64,000 nucleotides of DNA. It comes from Oikopleura dioica (Eukaryota > Animalia > Chordata). Below, one piece after another: positions 61,301 through 64,000 of this stretch; position 1 is the first letter of the stretch; every line of letters starts with the position of its first letter. Location: contig OU015568.1 in assembly GCA_907165135.1 (NCBI GenBank), positions 5,332,001 through 5,396,000 of the forward strand, written 5' to 3'. The translations under genes were made by a program, and so were the position numbers. Under the pieces are notes generated by a model. That model searched no databases. It was not told where the DNA came from and saw only the letters and a program-made list of their open reading frames with translations.

Positions 61301-62870
61301 TGATTCCATTCGCTATTGCCTGATGAGCCCTTGCGCAAAATTTCTTCATTGTTTCGGTTTCAAAAGCACCAATTGAAAGACCATCGTTCGCAACAACTTC
61401 TGCGGCGATTTCCTCAAGCTCTTCGGCGTCGGTTGTAATTGAACGATGGTGTTCTTGGATGTGCCGTTTCACGTAGTAGTCAGTCGCATGGCTCGCTTTC
61501 GCCAAATTGCCTCGAATGCCAAAGAAAACCTATAAAAGAGTTAATTTTACTTGACTGGTCGTTTTTTAACATTAAAACGGCTAATTTTTTCTCACTACCG
61601 ATCAATTTTTACATGAAAGGGTCAATTTTTACATGAAAAAGGTCAAATTTTACATGAAAAAGATCAAATTTTACATAAAAAGGGTCAATTTTTACATGAA
61701 ATGCGTCAAATTTCACATGAAAAAGGTCAATTTTTACATGGAAAGGGGTCAATTTTTACATGAAAAAGGTTAATTTTAACTCAAATCTGGTCAATTTTTT
61801 CTTACCTTATGTTTGTATTCAGCATTAGTGCAGAAGGGGCTCCGGCAAATGAGATATGGCGTCGGCGTCTGGTCTGACTTCGTGATTTTCTCTAGTTTGA
61901 AATCTGCTGTGTAATTGTGATGGATCTCTGAAGTGCAAACGAGCTTCTCATCTTCTTCTAGAATCTCTACAATTTTCTTGAACTCATCTTTGGTTTTTTT
62001 CTTTTTCTCAAATGGAGTAGATGGCGGAGAAAGCAAAGGACCTTCATCAAATTGGCCGTTTTTGACTCATATTTACGAAAAAAATTCATTTTTGACGGAC
62101 TTTATATTGACAGTACATCTGGAAAGATGGCGTCCTTCTGCAGATGGACTGATTTCCGATCATTAGTAAAGTATCTGAGTAATACCCCGCTGCGAAAATC
62201 AGATATGAAGGGTTTATTTCCAAGCAGCTGAAGATGAAATCACAGAAAAGACGTGAAAAGACTCGAGGTACCAACCAGCTGTGATGAAGTCAGAATCATG
62301 GTGAATTTTTACATGAATAATATTATTTTTTTAATTGAATAACCCAAAGTCGGATTAATTATGGCATAATTTTTCTTAGTATTTTCGTTAAAAAAGTAAG
62401 GATTATTATATGTTGATCTTTTTTTGCATTAAAAATTGATTGTTATTGAATTTTTACAAGGTCGCTCGTTTTCGGAATTTTAAGATCCCTTGCGCGAAGG
62501 GATATCCCACGCGCGAAGGGATCGGCGCGATCCCTTTGTTTATGTGAGCGCTCCCTTCTCGTTGCCTCTCGCTGCGAGGCGATCCCTTACACCGTGGGAT
62601 CGAAACGGCGCTGTGGCGCGCGATCCCTTCAAAATCCCCCGCGATTTGACACCCTGGTTGCTGCTCCCGCATTCTGTTTTGACGGTCATAATGGGCGAAG
62701 GCAAAGACTTTTTGAAGGTTTTTGGATGAAATAGAGAGATTTTTTTAGAAAAAAAAAATTCTGAAAAAATTGTCGAAATTTTTTTTTCTGTGAGAAAGAA
62801 CCTTTCCTAGCGCTAGAACAACCAGAGGAGTGACAAAAGTCCTGAACATTCGCGCCCATCTTCTTCTCAT
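58392..62870 (-). CDS. Golgi sulfotransferase, heparan-sulfate 3-O-sulfotransferase-like; exon 2 is interrupted by a 1.8-kb hAT element
   Basis: Type II anchor MRRRWARMFRTFVTPLVVLAL|VFAFAH (GA-AG intron 62708-62806), Pro/Ala-rich stem, PAPS-binding GAKKCGTTAL, ERHFF, YEKTPDY, DPVRRAFS, C-terminal FFC...CLGSSKGR. Confidence 0.85.
59147..59297. mobile_element. MITE family A copy, intronic
   Basis: GGGGTCTGGAACCGTAAAAAATTTCGAC...GTCGAAATTTTTTTGTCGCTTCCAGACACC. Confidence 0.8.
61212..62060 (-). CDS. Truncated hAT transposase: BED zinc finger plus N-terminal DNA-binding region, no DDE core
   Basis: ICRSPFC...|VFFG...KRHIQEHH (C-x4-C...H-x4-H) across an in-frame GT-AG intron; then VVANDGLSIGAFETETMKKF; stop at 61212-61214; 5' start unresolved. 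Confidence 0.65.
61600..61780. repeat. About 9 tandem copies of a 21-22-bp unit (AAAAAGGTCAATTTTTACATG) in the hAT transposase intron
   Basis: Direct reading of the tandem units. Confidence 0.85.
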
Positions 62871-64000
62871 CAACTGCGACTCGGTGTAGCCCCGTGGACC
62901 GGGCTTGAATCTCGTGTAAGTATCGCTATCTTTTAGCCGCGGATCAACGAATTTTGTTTGTTACAAAATAGATATTAATTCAAACATCCTCTCTTTTCTG
63001 CAATTTTTCGACGAAGCGAAGAAAAAATTTTAAATGAAGAATAATTTGCGAGAATAATGAGCTGTCACTGTCAGTCGGAAAGTTTATCTCGGGGCAGAGC
63101 AAAATTCAGAAATGACAAAAATAGATTTTCAACATGTTCCCAAAAAAAGAATTTCAGATATATTTTAGAGAAACCGTATTTTTATTTGAACAAATTCATT
63201 TTGATATTTTGGCCGTGAATGGCATAAGTGATTAATGACGTTAAAAAATTGAAAAGTTTCCGTACAGTTTAAGGGTGTCAGTCCATTAATAAATGAAACT
63301 CAATTTTATTTATTCTTAATTCTGTCGATTTTTCTTTATTTTTAACTCATTTCTATAAATATAATAAAAATATAAGTAATATTAATATATTGCCAAGTCG
63401 TTGATTACACCCTTGAAAGATCATTCAGAGCCGTTGCGCCTTATCATAATCCGAAAAGAGCGTGGCGCGCTTCTTTTTACTCCTCCAAAATCGTAATTTT
63501 CCCATGAGAGAAGTGGCGAAAAACGCCTGCTGTCGGCTTTTCTATTTCCTGAATTTTTGATCCTATCCTGATGCTGCTTGCATCTCCGCTAATCTTCTCT
63601 CAAACATGAAGTTCGTCTCTTCTCTTATCACTCTTTCTCGCCACTCGCGTGCGCCATCTCGTGACAGAAGGGAAAGTCGAAAGTTACGAAGAAAGTAAAA
63701 ATTGTAACGAAGCGTTTTGATACGACGGGGATTCACCGCGCGGTCAGAGTCCGGTACAGCCGCAGGCCCTTTCAGTCCCAATTGAGCTACCCGGCTCAGC
63801 ACTGATCCCCTCAAGTCAAAAACGAAACACTGACGCGCATAATAACACTAAGCCCTTTTTTGGGCAGATTTGAGGAAATTCTTGGTTCAATGCCAGGAAA
63901 ATTTAAAATTATCATTATTTTTCTTGGCAAAATAATTAATAAGACAAAAAATCATAAAAAAGCCATGAAAACTAGCAGCTGTTTTTCTAAAGTCAATAAT

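Larger units (their letters stand above)
60862..62656 (-). mobile_element. hAT element, 1795 bp, 8-bp TSD GTTGCTGC
   Basis: Perfect TIR CAGGGTGTCAAATCGCGGGGGA at both ends; TSD at 60854-60861 and 62657-62664; subterminal AAGGGATCG repeats; removal restores NRMREQQLRDYYY. Confidence 0.93.

Noticed and set aside
63563-63814. 83-aa minus-strand ORF
   Set aside because: Starts at GTG with no domain or supporting exons; left uncalled.
1-64000. Prokaryotic interpretation (operons, CRISPR, defence systems)
   Set aside because: ORFs are fragmented by spliceosomal introns and the proteins are animal-type (ZP, Gla, ShKT, HS3ST). No cas genes or repeat-spacer array were seen.
1-64000. tRNA, rRNA, snRNA or spliced-leader RNA genes
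   Set aside because: No cloverleaf or conserved RNA sequence was recognised by eye; a tRNAscan-SE/Infernal run would be needed to exclude them.

Overview
Eukaryotic, AT-rich, gene-dense DNA with many 35-100 nt introns, several of them GA-AG or GC-AG. This architecture points to a larvacean tunicate of the Oikopleura type (inference; no database search was possible). About 15 spliced genes can be reconstructed by eye: a secreted sushi/EGF/vWA/ZP protein, PLAC8-like, LITAF-like, a small Gla-domain protein, an SDR/retinol-dehydrogenase-like enzyme, a secreted beta-propeller protein, an MFSD8-like transporter, a signal-peptide-bearing FABP-like protein, a creatine-kinase-like phosphagen kinase, a candidate amidated-peptide precursor, three tandem trypsin-family genes (two with Thr-rich mucin stalks) and an HS3ST-like sulfotransferase. 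The window is saturated with DNA transposons whose ends and target-site duplications (TSDs) can be read directly. These include a 3.9-kb TTAA-flanked element with a near-intact spliced DDE transposase, its MITE partner, 8-bp-TSD hAT-type elements, 9-bp-TSD Mutator-like elements and several palindromic MITE families. The most striking points are: (i) four TE insertions sit inside coding exons, and at least one offers an in-frame splice-out route (possible intron gain in progress); (ii) a palindromic GGGTACCCC motif occurs about 19 times, only in the transposase introns; (iii) a tiny two-exon gene, missed by the ORF track, looks like a neuropeptide precursor. Exon boundaries are manual and unverified by RNA data. 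Three 1-nt frameshifts in T-runs may be assembly errors.
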